64,000 nt of DNA from Nymphaea colorata (GCF_008831285.2 NC_045138.2:8742001-8806000); one strand, 5' to 3'; counted from the stretch's first letter, positions 35,865 through 49,600 are shown. Numbers and translations are program-made. Notes: a model not told the origin generated them from the letters alone.

Positions 35865-38800
35865 TCGTTGTTTGGCAGGACGGGTCGGGTTAGGGTCCAG
35901 ACCCGGACCCGAGCCCTCACGCGTGAGCGAGCCCGACTCTGCCTCCCCCCACTCGTCTTTCCTTCTTCTCCATCTTTCCCCTCTTCGTCTGCTACGACTG
36001 TAGCTTGGTGAAGCTCGAGGGCGGTGGGTGGAGCAGCGGCGAAGGTGACGGAAGGGGGCAGCGGCAGCGGCCGCGGCGGCGACGCTTTGGTAAACACTCT
36101 CCCTCTCTTTTGTGCGATTTACCCCTCTCTGCCTCTCTCTTGCTCCTGCCCTCTCTGTCGCACGTCCTCTCTTCCTCCCCCTCGCCACCCTCTTTGCCCT
36201 TTCTGCTAGCTCTCTCCCATCTGATCCCTCTTCTCACTCACCCGCACTCCCCCACCTGCTCTTCCTCTCTTTTCTCACCCCCACTGCCATTTTCCCCCTT
36301 GACCGAACCCCACCTCTCTCTGTCTCTCCTCTCTGTCAGTGTCCTTTTCTCTGGTTCATTTCAGCTTTTCCCACTACTACCGTGGGTCTCTCCTAGCAAC
36401 AGATTTTGTGTTGAACTTTATTTGGACGTGTGTTGACTTTTTTTATGGCGTTTTGGGGTTGGATTGCAGTTTAGGGACGTTTTTTCCCTCTTACCAGCTA
36501 GTAGGGCGTGTAGTGAGCAGCGGCAGCAAGCAATCTCGAGCATTGGCACTTGATCGGACGTGTTAAGTGGTTGCTAGAAGGGTTGTAGCAGTTTGGACGC
36601 TTGTTTTGGGGTGAGCGATACCTAATCAAGCTCAAAGTAATGAATATTATCTTCTAAAGCATGTATAATTATTGTTCGAGCATGCTAGAGCTTAGAATTG
36701 ATGATTTTGGGACGCATGTTAGTGATTTTGTTTTTGGGGGAAACTTAGGATTTGCATTGGGAAGTAATGATTCATGTATTTAATGATCGTTTAAGCATGA
36801 TGGATTAATTTTCGAAGCTTTAGGGAAGCATGGTAGAGATTGTGAGGTTGTGGGGAAGATTTAGAACTGTCTTAGGGAGTGTAGCGCAGACTTCCGTGAA
36901 CGGGTGTATCGTGAAGTTAATTAGGAAAAATATACGTATTTGGATGTGACTTTGGGGTTGATGTCTTAATTAAAGAACGTTATTGAGGAAGGAATTAGTG
37001 ATGGATTGATTGATGGTTGAGGGTTTTGATATTTCGAGGCAACGTCAAGGCATAAAGGAGGAGGCCTATTGGGGAGCTTGTTGGTCGACACTACCTGTCG
37101 ACACCCTCTTGAGGCGACAACACGTGCCTCAAGGATTTTATTTTGTATTTATTCGTTTTTGTTTGAATTGTGTAGGTATCTAGTAGAAACCTTATTCTTG
37201 TTTATGTTTGCAGGTGCACCGGGCACATCCCGTCGACCTTGAGTTCGAAGCTTGAGGCATTTTGAAGAATTTGGTGAGTGCGCCACAGGTATGGTGATAT
37301 TCTAGGCAAATCCCTGCCTGGGGCAAATGTGTGATTGTGTGCTCCTAGGATCAAGGGATCCTAGGATTGTGATGTTAAATTGACTGACTGTTTTGTGAAT
37401 GAGTATATGTATGTTGCTTATATGATATGAATGAGTTAGAAAGATTATTAGTCTTTTGTTTTGAAAATGTTACGCATTGGCATGTGCATGCTAGAATTGA
37501 TATCTGTTTAGGACAGATGAGGCGGGGTATCGAGTCGAGCGTCTCCTAAACCCCAATTGTGCATTAGAAAGCATGATAGAATGATAACTGCATAGGACAG
37601 CTACGAGCCAACCGTAGATCGAGACTACTCTCTGTGGATTGGCTAAGTTTTTCAAAGAGGTGATTGATGTGAGGATTGATGTGATGATTGATATGAATGT
37701 GTACGTTGTTGCATATGCATTGCCATGGGCAACGACGCAAATGGATGAAATAGAGGGTAATTGTGCTCATATTGTTTGACAACTAGCTATGACTGTTAGT
37801 GTTATGTGTAGACCTCGTGTGGAGGCAACTGGAGGTGTGAATGCACTCGTAGAGTGTACCAACCTCATGAGCTAGCCAGTTAGTTTGTGAATGCATTATT
37901 CTAATGATAATAATGAATGATTAAGAGATGAGAGGCCAGTGGGATGTGGCTGTGTGTTTGGGAGACGTCCCGTTCTCGCCACTGGTCTCGCCTGTCGGAG
38001 CGCAGGCGGTGCAAGGCCCCAGGGTTCTGTTGTGTGTTGTGCTTGGAGCGTTAGGCTCCCGCCTTCCTAACCTGGGTGTCCTAGGAAAGGCTGAGTATCT
38101 CACCTTGGACTTCACACATCCAGGGATGGGTGCTCTACCGCTGCAGCGGGTGAAATGGATCCATACTGTTATGGGCCACCACGGGGGTTGTCTCTCAGTT
38201 GTAGGCCGCCCGCGGTTTGCACGTGCCTGTGTTGCACCCACAGGAACTGTTAATGCACTAAAGTTAATGAAAATGTAATGTGTTTGATAGAATGCATGTG
38301 ACTGACGCATATGTGAATGATATGAATACAAGTGTTATGTTTAAGCATGCTTCGCATGTGACTGATGTTGTGTTAGTGTGGCCATCAAGTGGCTTTTACG
38401 TGTCGTACTCTGACACGACATGACGATAGATGGGTTGATATTTGTTTTTTTATTTGAGCCTTACTAGAGAGGGTTTGGCATTTTCCTGGCTTGTTGCCAT
38501 ACTACGAAGGCTGAGCCTTCAGTTGTTTTCTTTTTCAGGTTTTGGGGAACCCGGGGCAACAGGTTGAGCAGATGGCTTCACTCACGTCCTACTGGGGAGG
38601 TTTTGGGATTGTCGTTTGTAGTGCCGGCGCATCATGTTTTGGTTTTATTGATGTCTTCTTTTTGTTAGGCATCAATGTTATGATTTTGGGGTATTTTGGT
38701 CATGCACATAGATGTGGATTTGTATGAAACAAAATGATTATATAAATGAATGTTCGCCCCCTTGTTTTGAATTGCTTGGCTCATCATCTTTTTGAATTGT

Positions 38801-38870
38801 TGGGTAGTCACACCTCGATGCTTTATGTTTAGAAAAAAAAGTTTGAGGGTTAAAAGGTCGGGGTGTGACA
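35865..38870 (+). repeat. 3' LTR (3006 bp; first 8 nt missing)
   Basis: Matches the 5' LTR from 28204 onward; has an extra 9 bp at ~36071 and an extra 34 bp at 37938..37971. Confidence 0.95.
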
Positions 38871-41800
38871 TAAAGGATTTTTCTAATCAATATTAATTCC
38901 TCTGCAACATTTCCAATGACATGGAGGAAGAGACTATATATGCAAACTCTTTCTCTAGGTATTGTTCTTCATAAAAAGACAGCGATACTCAATGCTAAGA
39001 GGCAAACTTAAATCAATTTGCAAAAGCTTACAAAAATTTGCTGTGCGTGTCTTTGTTGCTAAGCAAAGTCTCCAACTTACTTAGCAAGGAGGGACATCTG
39101 TTTACACTCCAAATTTCCCCAATTTTTTTTTCAAAAAGCGATCTGGAAAAGAAACTAAACGAGGCTAAAGACTAATAGAATCTTTCATTCAAGTCGATAA
39201 CAGTAACAGCAGATTCGACGACCAGAGTCGATGTCCACCCAACCCACTCTTAGACACGAGTCTGGAAGCATCTGCAAATTCAAATTGGAAAAATGAATTG
39301 CAAAAATTAAAATTTTTGTCAACTTTGGACAAGATTTCAAATTTTTGATATTGATCCAAATCAAGGTCCAAAAGCTCAATTTGCAATCAAGATTAAAATT
39401 CTCATTAGTGAGAATTAAAATCCTCTTTCAATCATACTTTAATACATAGAGAGAAGATAATCGATGTGACTCTCTCCCCCCCCCCCCCGCCCTTATCTTC
39501 ACACAACCAAAGAAAATGAACTAGAAATGGTTTGCATAGAACGAGGACTTTCTAATTTTCCTAAAATTATTTTGGAGTCAATTTTAAAATTGATTATTTC
39601 TAAGAAACAAAATCCAAATTTAAAATTTTGGATATCCTGTAATTGGCTTGCAACATCTTGATAGCCAACCAATTCACATCAGCCTCAATTAAGCTGATCC
39701 ACTCCATTTAAAAAAGCTAAAAATTAAAGAAATTCAAGGAAAAAGGGACACCTCGACATACTATGGTCAAGCCTACTTCAAGGTAAAATCAAGAATTCAC
39801 CCAAGACTAGATTGACAATGATCTAGATCAATTTTATATATCAAGTAATGAGTCGCTCATGCAAGCTGACTCTTTTCATTTCGAACATTTTGGAACAAAC
39901 CAATTCTAGAAAGATAGTCGGTTTTTCTAAGTAAACAGAAATTGAGGAGGTGTCTAAGGAGTAGACATTTTCCTCAAGCTCTTTTGGATTTTCCAAAAGA
40001 CTAGGAGAGCAGCCTAAAATAGGTGTGCCCCTCCCCTATTTTCAATTTGAAATAAAAATTAAAAATTTTAATGGCAACCCAGCTTGGCGTGATATTCAAG
40101 TATGGTTTTGAATGATGAAACCAGAAAAAATTCTGGTTAGAGAAGAGGGAGCAATCATAAATGGTGTCTCCCTATCTCTCTCGTTTCTTCCTTGGGGACC
40201 AAATGAGTTGGTTAGAAACCAACTCATTTTCAGCTGAAATGAGATTTTGAGAATGAAGAAAACAAACATGCTTGTCCTTTTTGCTTCCTCTTCAAGCTAA
40301 ACAGAAGAACAAGCCAACAAAAGCAAGCAAAACAATTGGCAAGGGAAGAGGTGCTCCTTGCATGCAAGGATGCTTTCTTCCCCATGCCAAAACCAAGAGG
40401 ATTGTCTCTTGATCTCACCCACTTTCAGAAAATCTAATTCAATTCCCAAAAGCAAGTCAAGATGACTTGGTGCGTATAAAACCAGATCCTTGCTAACTAG
40501 CAACGGACCCCTCATCCGCTAGCTAACAAAGACCCTCTTCCATCAGCCAGAAAATCCTTACTAGCCGAGACAGCCACCAAGGAGTAGACCTCCAACTCGA
40601 GATGTGATACCTCCAGCTGATCGCTCTTCCCACGCCCCACCAAGCTAAGCATCTTCAAGACGTCTCCAGCCCAGACATCTTCAAGCTTGTCTAGTCCATG
40701 TCACCTAGCTGCTCCCTACTCAAGGCAACCCCTACTCAAAGACATCTCCAGCCCAGGCGTCTTCAATCTTGGTCCAGCACCACCAAGTCACCTACCTGCT
40801 CTCTGCTCAACGTGCCCCCTACTCAAATATGTCTCCAGCCCAGGTGTATCCAAGCGGGTCCAATCTCACATTGCCTAGCTCAGCTCCAGCCCATGATGTC
40901 CCTTGCCCAAGGCAACCCCAGGTCGCGTAGCTCAGCTCCTGCTCAAGGTGACCCCTGCTCAAGACGTCCCTCCCTAAGGGGTCACTTGCTGGACGTCTAC
41001 TTGCTTCCTACCTTCAAGCTGAGTGCAGCCACTATTCTTGCTTGGTCCCAGTTGTGGTTCGAGCAAGCCCCAGCCAAGGTGACGTAGAAGATCTCAAATC
41101 TAACACCACACTAGAAGTCCTAAAGCTCCATGTCAAGCTCAGCCCAGTGTCCCCTGTTCTGCCCTGTTATAGGCACAACTCCAGCCCATGCTCGCCTCAA
41201 TCCTCCATCGACTTAGGTCACCTTCAACCCACCTTGCATATTATTTCAATAGATTTCATTGCATGACTTTTCATTCAACAAAAATTGAGAAATTGGTCTC
41301 GCTGAGCAGCCATTAAGGTGCTGGCTGCTGGCATGATTAGACCACCCTCACCATGGCCTGATTCAAAGCAGTCATGGTGAGGTCGACACCATCATCCACC
41401 AAGCCAAAGTCAAGGGTTCAAATACCCTTAGCCCTTGGCTCACCAAGGCCCAAGTCAATGTGCATATTTATGCTATGCTGCAAAAAATCCAGCTAGATTG
41501 ACCACTAGCTTGCCTAATTTCTGGTGGCTTGATGCCACAAACCAGACCCTAATCAACTCTATAATCTGGGTCTTTGACAAGCCGTCTCACACAAATCAGC
41601 AGCCTCATTTTCCTTCCTAAAAACAGCATCCTTGGCACATTTTTCTTTTATTCTAGTCACTCAAATGTTATGGCACTATGTTTGATGCTTATAAGCATCA
41701 GGTTGCAGGAAAATGGTGGATATTCTACATAAATCCTCATGTCAATGGTGGATGAAGACCGCCAACGCCTGCAGGGTAGCATGGGATTTTCTTAATTGAA

Positions 41801-43134
41801 AAGCTAGGAATGATATGCAGCTGGGTCGCCAGGAAATAAATGCACATGTTAAATGCATATGTGCATGTATTCCCATGTTTCTCACAACCAATCCACATGA
41901 AATTTCTGTTTTTGAAAACTAGAAAATAGTGTTTTCAAACTCAGTTTATACCATAGACAGAAATCTGATTTTCAAGAGATCCCATTTGTGCAAAACTAGG
42001 AGAAGAAGACCACCATGGTTTGGGAGAAAACATGATTCATTCCTCTATGTGATTGAACGTTTTGATTGATGCTTCTCAATAATCTTTTCAAGAAATTTAT
42101 CTCTAATCAAAGCTGCATATTTCATCTTTTTATTATCATCCTGCAGTGGATGCCATTGCGTGAGATCCACCACCAGCTTCTACATCTGGATTAGTAATCC
42201 ACAAGCTTTAGTAGGGGCGTTTTTGCTGAGTCCATCTACTACTATGTTGGCCTTTATGGGATGATATTTTTTCTCAAAGTTACAATTTTGAGATACTCGA
42301 GTCAATCTCCTCTTTTATAGGTTCAATTTCTTTTGTGGGAATAGATGTTTAAGAGACTTGTGGTCAGAAAACACTTCAAATTCTATTTCATGGAAGTAAT
42401 ACATCCACATATTTAATGCAAACACCATGGCTCCTAACTCCTATAATTGGGATAGTTTTTCTCATGTGGTTTTAATTGTCTAGATGCATACCATATTATC
42501 TGTCAAACGGGTACTCCTCTTAAGGAGGAGTATCCACACAGTTCCGGTACGACATCGGTACCAATACGGGTACAGTTGTAGGTACACCAGGAGTGCGGCA
42601 TTGACCGCACTGGGTGCGGCATTGATCGCACCGGGTGCGGTCAACGCATCCAAGGTTATTTTTGACCATTTTCAGACTTGGTCAAAGTTGACCGAGTCTA
42701 AAGTTGTTTGATTTTAATGTTAATATTTTTTACATTTTAACGTTTTAAACCATTTTAATGTTAAGTTTTTCGAAACACTTGGACCCTTTTTTATTTCATT
42801 TTGTTTGTTTCTTCTTCACTCACCGACAACCACTCACGGTGACTGGCGAAGGCAGGGGCAAAGACCGGCGGCTGCAGGCGATGATCGGTGATGGCAGACA
42901 ATCTCTGGCGACGGCAGGCAGTGAACGGCGATGGTATTTGCTTTTTTTCATCGTTTTCTCAATTCTGTTGATGGGCTGAACCTTCCGTCGTCTTCGGTGC
43001 CGGCAGACAGCGCTTTTCACCAGCGTACATGTCATTCAAAGTTGCGAGTGTGAATCTGATTTGCTTTGCTCATGACATTGGAAAGCCAAAACGAAGCGAG
43101 TGTGCTTATGATTTGTGTTATGGTCAACACTAAT

Positions 43135-43420
43135 GGCATACAATTGCCATTGGGTATGGTGAGCACTAATGGCATTTGTTTGGTATGGTGAGTATTAATG
43201 ACATACAATTGTCATTAGTCCTGACCTTTCAAGAAAGTCCTAACCTTTCAATAACTTTTCAATAAGCTCACAAACTCATGGAAAGGCAATTCTTGAAAGG
43301 TTATGGAAAGGTCAGGACTTTTTTGAAAGGTCAGAACTAATGACAATTGTATGTCATTAGTACTCACCATACCAAACAAATGCCATTAGTGCTCACCATA
43401 CCCATTGGCAATTGTATGCC
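43135..43420. repeat. Long inverted repeat (128-bp arms, ~30-nt loop)
   Basis: 43135..43262 is the reverse complement of 43293..43420 with about 7 mismatches. Confidence 0.93.
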
Positions 43421-44141
43421 TTCCATCATCTTATTTTTTTTTAATCCTCTTTTCTGTTCATCGCCTGCAGTCGGTTCCCTCTTTTTTGTTCGTCTTTTTT
43501 TTTGTTCCCCCTTTTGTTTGTTATGTAAAAGTCTATGTTGTTCATTTGTTTGTGCTTCTACTTCTGTTATCGGCACATTTATTGATTTGTCATCTCTCTT
43601 CTCTATGGCTCTGCCCACTCCGTCGCTGCCCACCATTTGTTGTCACACACTTTTGGCACAAATCCTCTCTTGCACACTGCCTCTACTCTATGAATGAATG
43701 AACGAATTGCTATTAATCTATCCACCATCACTGTGCATGTGAATAGCTAACTTTGTCTGCATCCCTATGAATCTCCGCTGTATGCTGAGATCAGTTAGTT
43801 GTCGATCGTTGCTTGGTGTCTCTCTATCTTTTATTCTTTTGATTTGGGCTTTCGATTTGTCCCTTTAATTGGCAGAGTTGGGGTCTTGATTGCAAATTTT
43901 GGGGTTTCAACTTGGCGTTGTTGAGTGCAGATTTGAGATGTATGGGGGTTTTGATCACCAACAAATATGAAGATCCTATTTGTATGTACCAGTAATTATT
44001 CTCATGGCACTTCAGATTTTCCACTTTGAGAGTCTATTAACTTCTCAGATATCTTCTAGTTATGCTTTTGTCCTTCTATGTCCATTATCAAGATTCTTAT
44101 GCATTATGTTATCTTGCTAGGTGCTTTTCATATAAGTTGTA

Positions 44142-46169
44142 ATGGCTGATAAAGGAAAAGAAACGATGCCTACAAGTGGAAGTAGAAATATGGCAAGCAA
44201 CAGTAGTAGTGTTAATACCACTGCAGTAGAGTTGGATAATCCATCTCAGCCTCTTTGGCACTATGTGAAAAAACTAGGAAAAGCACCAGGTGGCAGTGAG
44301 AATATTATTTTTTCTTGCAATTTCTATAATAAGACGCTCACTGGCTCTTATGCACATTGCAAGGCACATTTATTGCATATCCCAAGTTTTGGAATTTGAC
44401 CATGTGAAAAAGTTAACCAAGAATCAGTGAAGCAGATAAAAAAAGAACATGATGCAGCTCAGACGAAGAAATCTTCAGCCAAGTCAAGTGAACTATCTGT
44501 TCCTCTTTATGCTATTGAAGAAGGTGAAGAATTTCAAAGAAAAGAAAATTGAACATGGCAAGCAGGGATACCAAAACATTAGCACAAGTATTCAAAACTA
44601 TGGGAACTACAAAGATGGATAGAAGGATCGGAAGGTTCTTTTTTGTAAGTTCACTTCCTTTTAATATAGCCAGAAGTCCTTATTGGAAAGATGTTGTTAC
44701 AAGTTTGGCTAATTGCAGTTTGAGTGATTATGTACCTCTGATTCAGAGAAGTTGAGAACAGTAATTCTTGCAGAAGAGAAGGCAAACATCAAAAAATTAT
44801 TAGAGAAGAAGAAATTTTCAAGGAGACAGTATGGAATATCCATTGTTTCTGATGGGTGGACTGATATACACAGATGACCACCGATAAATTTTATTGCTTA
44901 TTCGCTTGATGGACCAATCTTCTTGAAATGTGTTGATGCATCTGGGGAGTATAAAGATGATGAGTATTTAAAAGGGCTATTTATAGAAGTCATCAAAGAA
45001 GTGGGTGAAGATAATGTTGTGCAAATTATTATTGATAATGCTCCAGTTTGCCAACGAGGAGGGATGAATTTGGCAAGTGATCCCAAGTATAGTCACATAT
45101 TCCGGACTCCTTGTGTGGCACACAGTATAAATATAGCACTTAAAAGTATTTGCAACCCACAAAAAATGATACAAATGCTGGTCTATCGTGTTCATGGATT
45201 GAGGAGCTTGAGCATGATGTTAGAAACATCATAAATTTTGTTGTAAACCACAACAATGCTCTTGGTATATTTAATAGGCATTCTGATTTGAAATTGTTGA
45301 AGGTAGCAAAGATTCGTTTTGCATCCATTATTGTAATGATAAAAAAGAATAAAGCAGGTGAAACATGCATTAACACTTATGGTGACCGACAATGATTGGG
45401 AGTTTTATCGGAGTGACGACATTGTGAAGGCTCACGACATTAAAAAATGTATTTTAGATGATGAATGATGGGATACGATTTCACATTTTTTGTAGTTTAT
45501 AGAGCCTATTTGGCAGATGCTGAGAGAAGTTGACAAAGAAGGGCCCATGCTTCATAGAGTTTATGATATGTGGGATGACATGATTGAAAAAATTCAAAAC
45601 ATCATTTTTAGACATGAGAAGAAGAATGTTGCACCTGATGATTCTGAGTTTTTTTATCATGTGCATAAAATTTTAGTAAGAAGATGGAATAGAAGAAATA
45701 ACCCTTTGCATTGTATGGCACACTCCTTAAATCCCAAATATTATGGACAAACATGGTTGGCAGGAGGCACTGGCCGTGTTCCTCCTAATCGAGATCTAGA
45801 AATATCAAAAAATAGGGAGATATGTTTGGGAAGACTATATTCTGATTCTTATGAGTTGAAGATAATCAATAGTGAGTTTTCGAGCTTCTCTGGTGGAAGA
45901 AATGATTCAGTACAAGCTGCAATGGCAAGAAATGAAGAAGATCTTGTTAATTGGTGGTTATGTTTTAGAGCAACGACACCAAATCTCCAGCAACTTGCAT
46001 TGAAGTTATTAACTCAACCTGCAACCTCTTTATGTTGTGAAAGAAATTGGAGCACTTATTCTCAAATTCACAATATCAAGAGAAATAAGCTAACTAGTAA
46101 GCGAGCAGAAGATTTAGTTTATGTCCACTCTAACCTATGCTTACTTTCACGCACTTCATATGATTACAA
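44142..46169 (+). pseudogene. hAT transposase pseudogene (BED finger, DUF659-like core, C-terminal dimerisation region)
   Basis: LWHYV..FSC..KAHL, SDGWTD, VVQIIIDNA, TPCVAHSIN, CERNWSTYSQIH.KRNKL..AEDLVYVHSNL; multiple stops and frameshifts. Confidence 0.9.
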
Positions 46170-46561
46170 GTATTCCTTTCTTTTTGTATCTTTGATATGT
46201 ATACATAATTACATTTGTATATTATGTTGCTTGTTTAAAGTTAATAATAACTCAAATCATATTTCGATTTTGTTGCAACTTGCAGTTCAGGATCATCCAA
46301 GTATTGGGATGTTAATCCAGAGGACATTGATGTGGACCTTGAAGGAGAACATGATTTGCATGCTCTTAATATGGACCTTACAGAACCTATTGCTCCTTCT
46401 AATCTTGATGATGCGACTGAGGAGAATCAAGAAAGTTGATATATTTGTATGTTAATTACATCCATACCATGTTTTGGATTATGATTTATGAATATGTTAT
46501 TCTGTTTGTAGTTTTTTGATATATATATGTGTGAATATGTTATTTTGTTTGAAATTTTTTG

Positions 46562-46569
46562 ACACACAC

Positions 46570-46623
<54 letters not shown>
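46562..46623. repeat. (CA)n(TA)n microsatellite near the hAT right end
   Basis: Read directly. Confidence 0.95.
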
Positions 46624-49600
46624 GTTTGCGTGTGTGTATGGCCATACCCCCGCACCCAAATTTTTTGAAAATGGTTCGTACCCATACCCACAGCCATACT
46701 CGTACCTATGTGACATAGCATAATATGTTCCTAAACCATATGCACAACAAACCCATTTCCCTCTTTTTGTTTATGTTAGAATGGGACCAATGGCTAGTTT
46801 TGTCCTTTAATGGTTGGGAGCTCTTCCAACAAGCATATGTCGTTACAAAATTGACTCCCTTTTGCAGTAGCAGTTATCATGGTTGTGATTTTTGAGAAAT
46901 CTTTAATGCAATTTTTGTAGTAACATGCCAAATAGAGAAAACATCTAATTTTGGTTACATTGGCTAGCGCATTTCATTGCTTCAATGTTGGCTGGATCAA
47001 TTGCAACACCCTCCATTGAGATTTTGTGCTCCAAGAAGTTTACTTGGTTTAGCTAAAACTCACACTTGTATTATTTGACATAACATTGGTTTTGTCTCAA
47101 TTTTTCTAACACTTGCTCGAGATGTAGTGCATGCAATGCTTTACACTCTCTGTATGCTACTACATCACCAATGAGCACTCGGACAAGCTTATCTAAATAA
47201 TCATGGAATATCCAATTAATGAGATCCATAAAGGCTAGTATTGCATTTGTAAGTCTGAACTACATAACTCGAAACTCATAATGTCTATAACGTGTGCAAA
47301 ATGCTGTTTAGAAACAACTTTTTCCTTAATCAGCAATTGATGATGTTTTGATCTCAACTCTATTTTGGAAAAGACCTTCGTATCTTTTAATTGATCAAAT
47401 AATCCTTTGGTTCTAGGCAATGGGTATTTGTTATTTACTATAACTTGATTAAACATTCGGTAATCAATGCTCCCAAGGTGATGCATTTGGATGAATGAAT
47501 CCCTTACTAGACAACTCTTGAATATATTTCTTTAATTCTTCCAGTGTTGCTGGTGTCATTCTATATGGAGCTTTAGAAATAGGTGTAGCTCCAGGTATTA
47601 ACTTGATTTTGAAATCTACCTCTCGTACCAAAGGGTAATCTAGGCAACTCTTTAAGAAACACCCTACATAATTCTTCGCTCTAGATGTGTCATTAATGGG
47701 AGTCAATCGTACCACAGTTGCTCCTATTTTCCATATATTTTCTCACCTTAATTACTAAGACAATTAATTTATTTTGGTCTAGAGGCCTTTTAAACACAAT
47801 ATTTGCCTTTTGAGCATCCCCAATGAACCCTCACTATTTTCCTTCTGCAATATATAGTCACATAATGATGGTATAACCAATCAATACCTATGATTACATC
47901 ACATACCATCATGTTTATTACCACAAGTCGTGTTGATAATAAATATCAATGTATTATATTTTGATGTCTTCTAAATATGTTTTATATGTACCTTTGTTTT
48001 CCATGGGTGTAGTGACTAATAATTCATACACCATGTTCTTTTCTTCTATTTCTAAGAGTCGGCAAGTTTCTTAGAAATAAATGAACATGACGTGCTAGAA
48101 TAAAAAAACACATAAGCCCATTGAGCATTTACTAGGAGGTACCTTCAATCAGGTAAGTGGATTTCATGTCCTCTACCATGGTCACATAGACTCTCCTGGG
48201 TACCTTTTCCTTTGTTAACTGGTTGAATCCAGCTCATCTCTATTCTATTTCTTTCTTCTTTGGGCATTTCTGGATAAAATGCTCCTTTATCCCACAGTAT
48301 ATACATGCTCATGTATCCATGTAACATGGCTTGCCTAGACACTGGCAATGACACTTGAGACACTCCTTATCCTTTGTAGATAACAATAACCATTGTTTGT
48401 TGAACCACTCTCCCTGCTTCATCTTATCACTATGATTCTTCATGAAATGATTTGGCTTGGACTTACTTGAAAACTTCATTTTTTTTTACTTGTTATGTGA
48501 GTCATCTTATAGTCTTTTCAAAGAATGCAGTCACGCCAATTGCATCGTCTAGATATTGGACGGCTACCCATTACTTTGCTTCTCAATCCATTTTGAGTCC
48601 TCTCACAATTTTTTTTTCTGTCTACATCTATAGCATAAACATATGGGTAGTACTTCTTCAAGTGCCTGAATTTGACCATGTACTCATGCAGGCTCATATT
48701 TGTTTGTTGAAGATCCAATAATTCTTGTGTGTGTTTTCCCTACGTCGATGTTGGTATGTGGCATTTGTGAATGCCTCTTTGAATTCATTCTAGGTTGCTT
48801 CATGTTCAATGAACGTCACCTCATGTTGTGTCTACCATCATTCTTTGGCATCCTTTTTCACTATAAAGGTTCCAAATAGAACATGTTTGTTGTTGAGCAC
48901 AACCAAAGTAGTAAAGATTTTCTCAGTCTCTTTTATTCATTCCTCTACATCTTCATTTGTGTCTTTCTTATAAAACTTTGGTGTTTGTGAGTTACACCTC
49001 CTGTATCATGGTTTATTATCTTGTTTGTATCTATATTGTTGCTACCTAAAGGAGCAGTCAACATTAGGTCATGCATTAAGGCAGTGATCATATGCAAAGG
49101 GTTCATAATAAACTCTTGTCGTCAGATGCTTCTTACTGGTGCTCTAGCTCCACAAAGATGAGTTCCAACATTTTGATTTTTGGTATTGTGAAGGCCTCTA
49201 CCTCATCCTCTTATGTTCCTCTTATACTGCATGCCATCTGAACCACACACATAAGAGAGAATTGTAAACAAAACTATTATATTTATAACTATGTTTTACA
49301 TTTAGAACTATTGCAAAACATAGAAACCTTTTGCCCAGAATTAATTATAGACACCCTTATATAACAGGCTCGGATGCCTTCCTCTACTTGTGATCAGCAC
49401 TGGCATTGGACTTGAACTCTAGACACTAAGCTTTGATACCAAAATTGTCACTACCCAAGTTCTTGACACAATTTTTTTTTTAATTATAACAAATATAAAT
49501 CAATTCTTTAAAATCAAACCACAAGTCGAGTAATAACCTGTAGAAGAAAAACTGAAACTAACAAAGCATTTTCTCTTTTACTTGTTGACGTATTCAGACC

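Larger units (their letters stand above)
28196..38870 (+). mobile_element. Near-complete Ty3/gypsy LTR retrotransposon (Tekay/Del-like), 10,675 bp
   Basis: Perfect TSD TAAAG (28191-28195 and 38871-38875), TG...CA ends, two ~3 kb LTRs, PBS, gag-PR-RT-RH-INT order. Confidence 0.96.
26797..41300 (+). mobile_element. 3' part of an Ogre/Tat-like gypsy (integrase, long 3' UTR, PPT, truncated LTR), interrupted by the Tekay-like element
   Basis: STSYYRQGNGQVEATNKIL at ~26797; KPKGKWAPN*EGPFVIKE...INAVDLKRFYA* ending ~27373; the UTR rejoins across 28195/38876; PPT-like AGCAAGGAGGGACATC then TGTTTACACTCC at 39099. Right boundary uncertain. Confidence 0.75.
42500..46718 (+). mobile_element. hAT DNA transposon, full-length but decayed (~4.2 kb)
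   Basis: 8-bp TSD CATATTAT/CATAATAT; ends CTGTCAAACGGGTAC / GTACCTATGTGACATAG; subterminal GTAC/CATACCC repeats; internal transposase. Confidence 0.87.

Noticed and set aside
43135..43420. CRISPR-like or repeat-spacer array
   Set aside because: Eukaryotic context, no unique spacers between identical repeats, no cas genes; it is an inverted repeat
44142..46455. Domesticated (functional) hAT-derived gene
   Set aside because: Several stops and frameshifts, and TIR and TSD are still present; the 312-aa ORF tail reads into a probable intron
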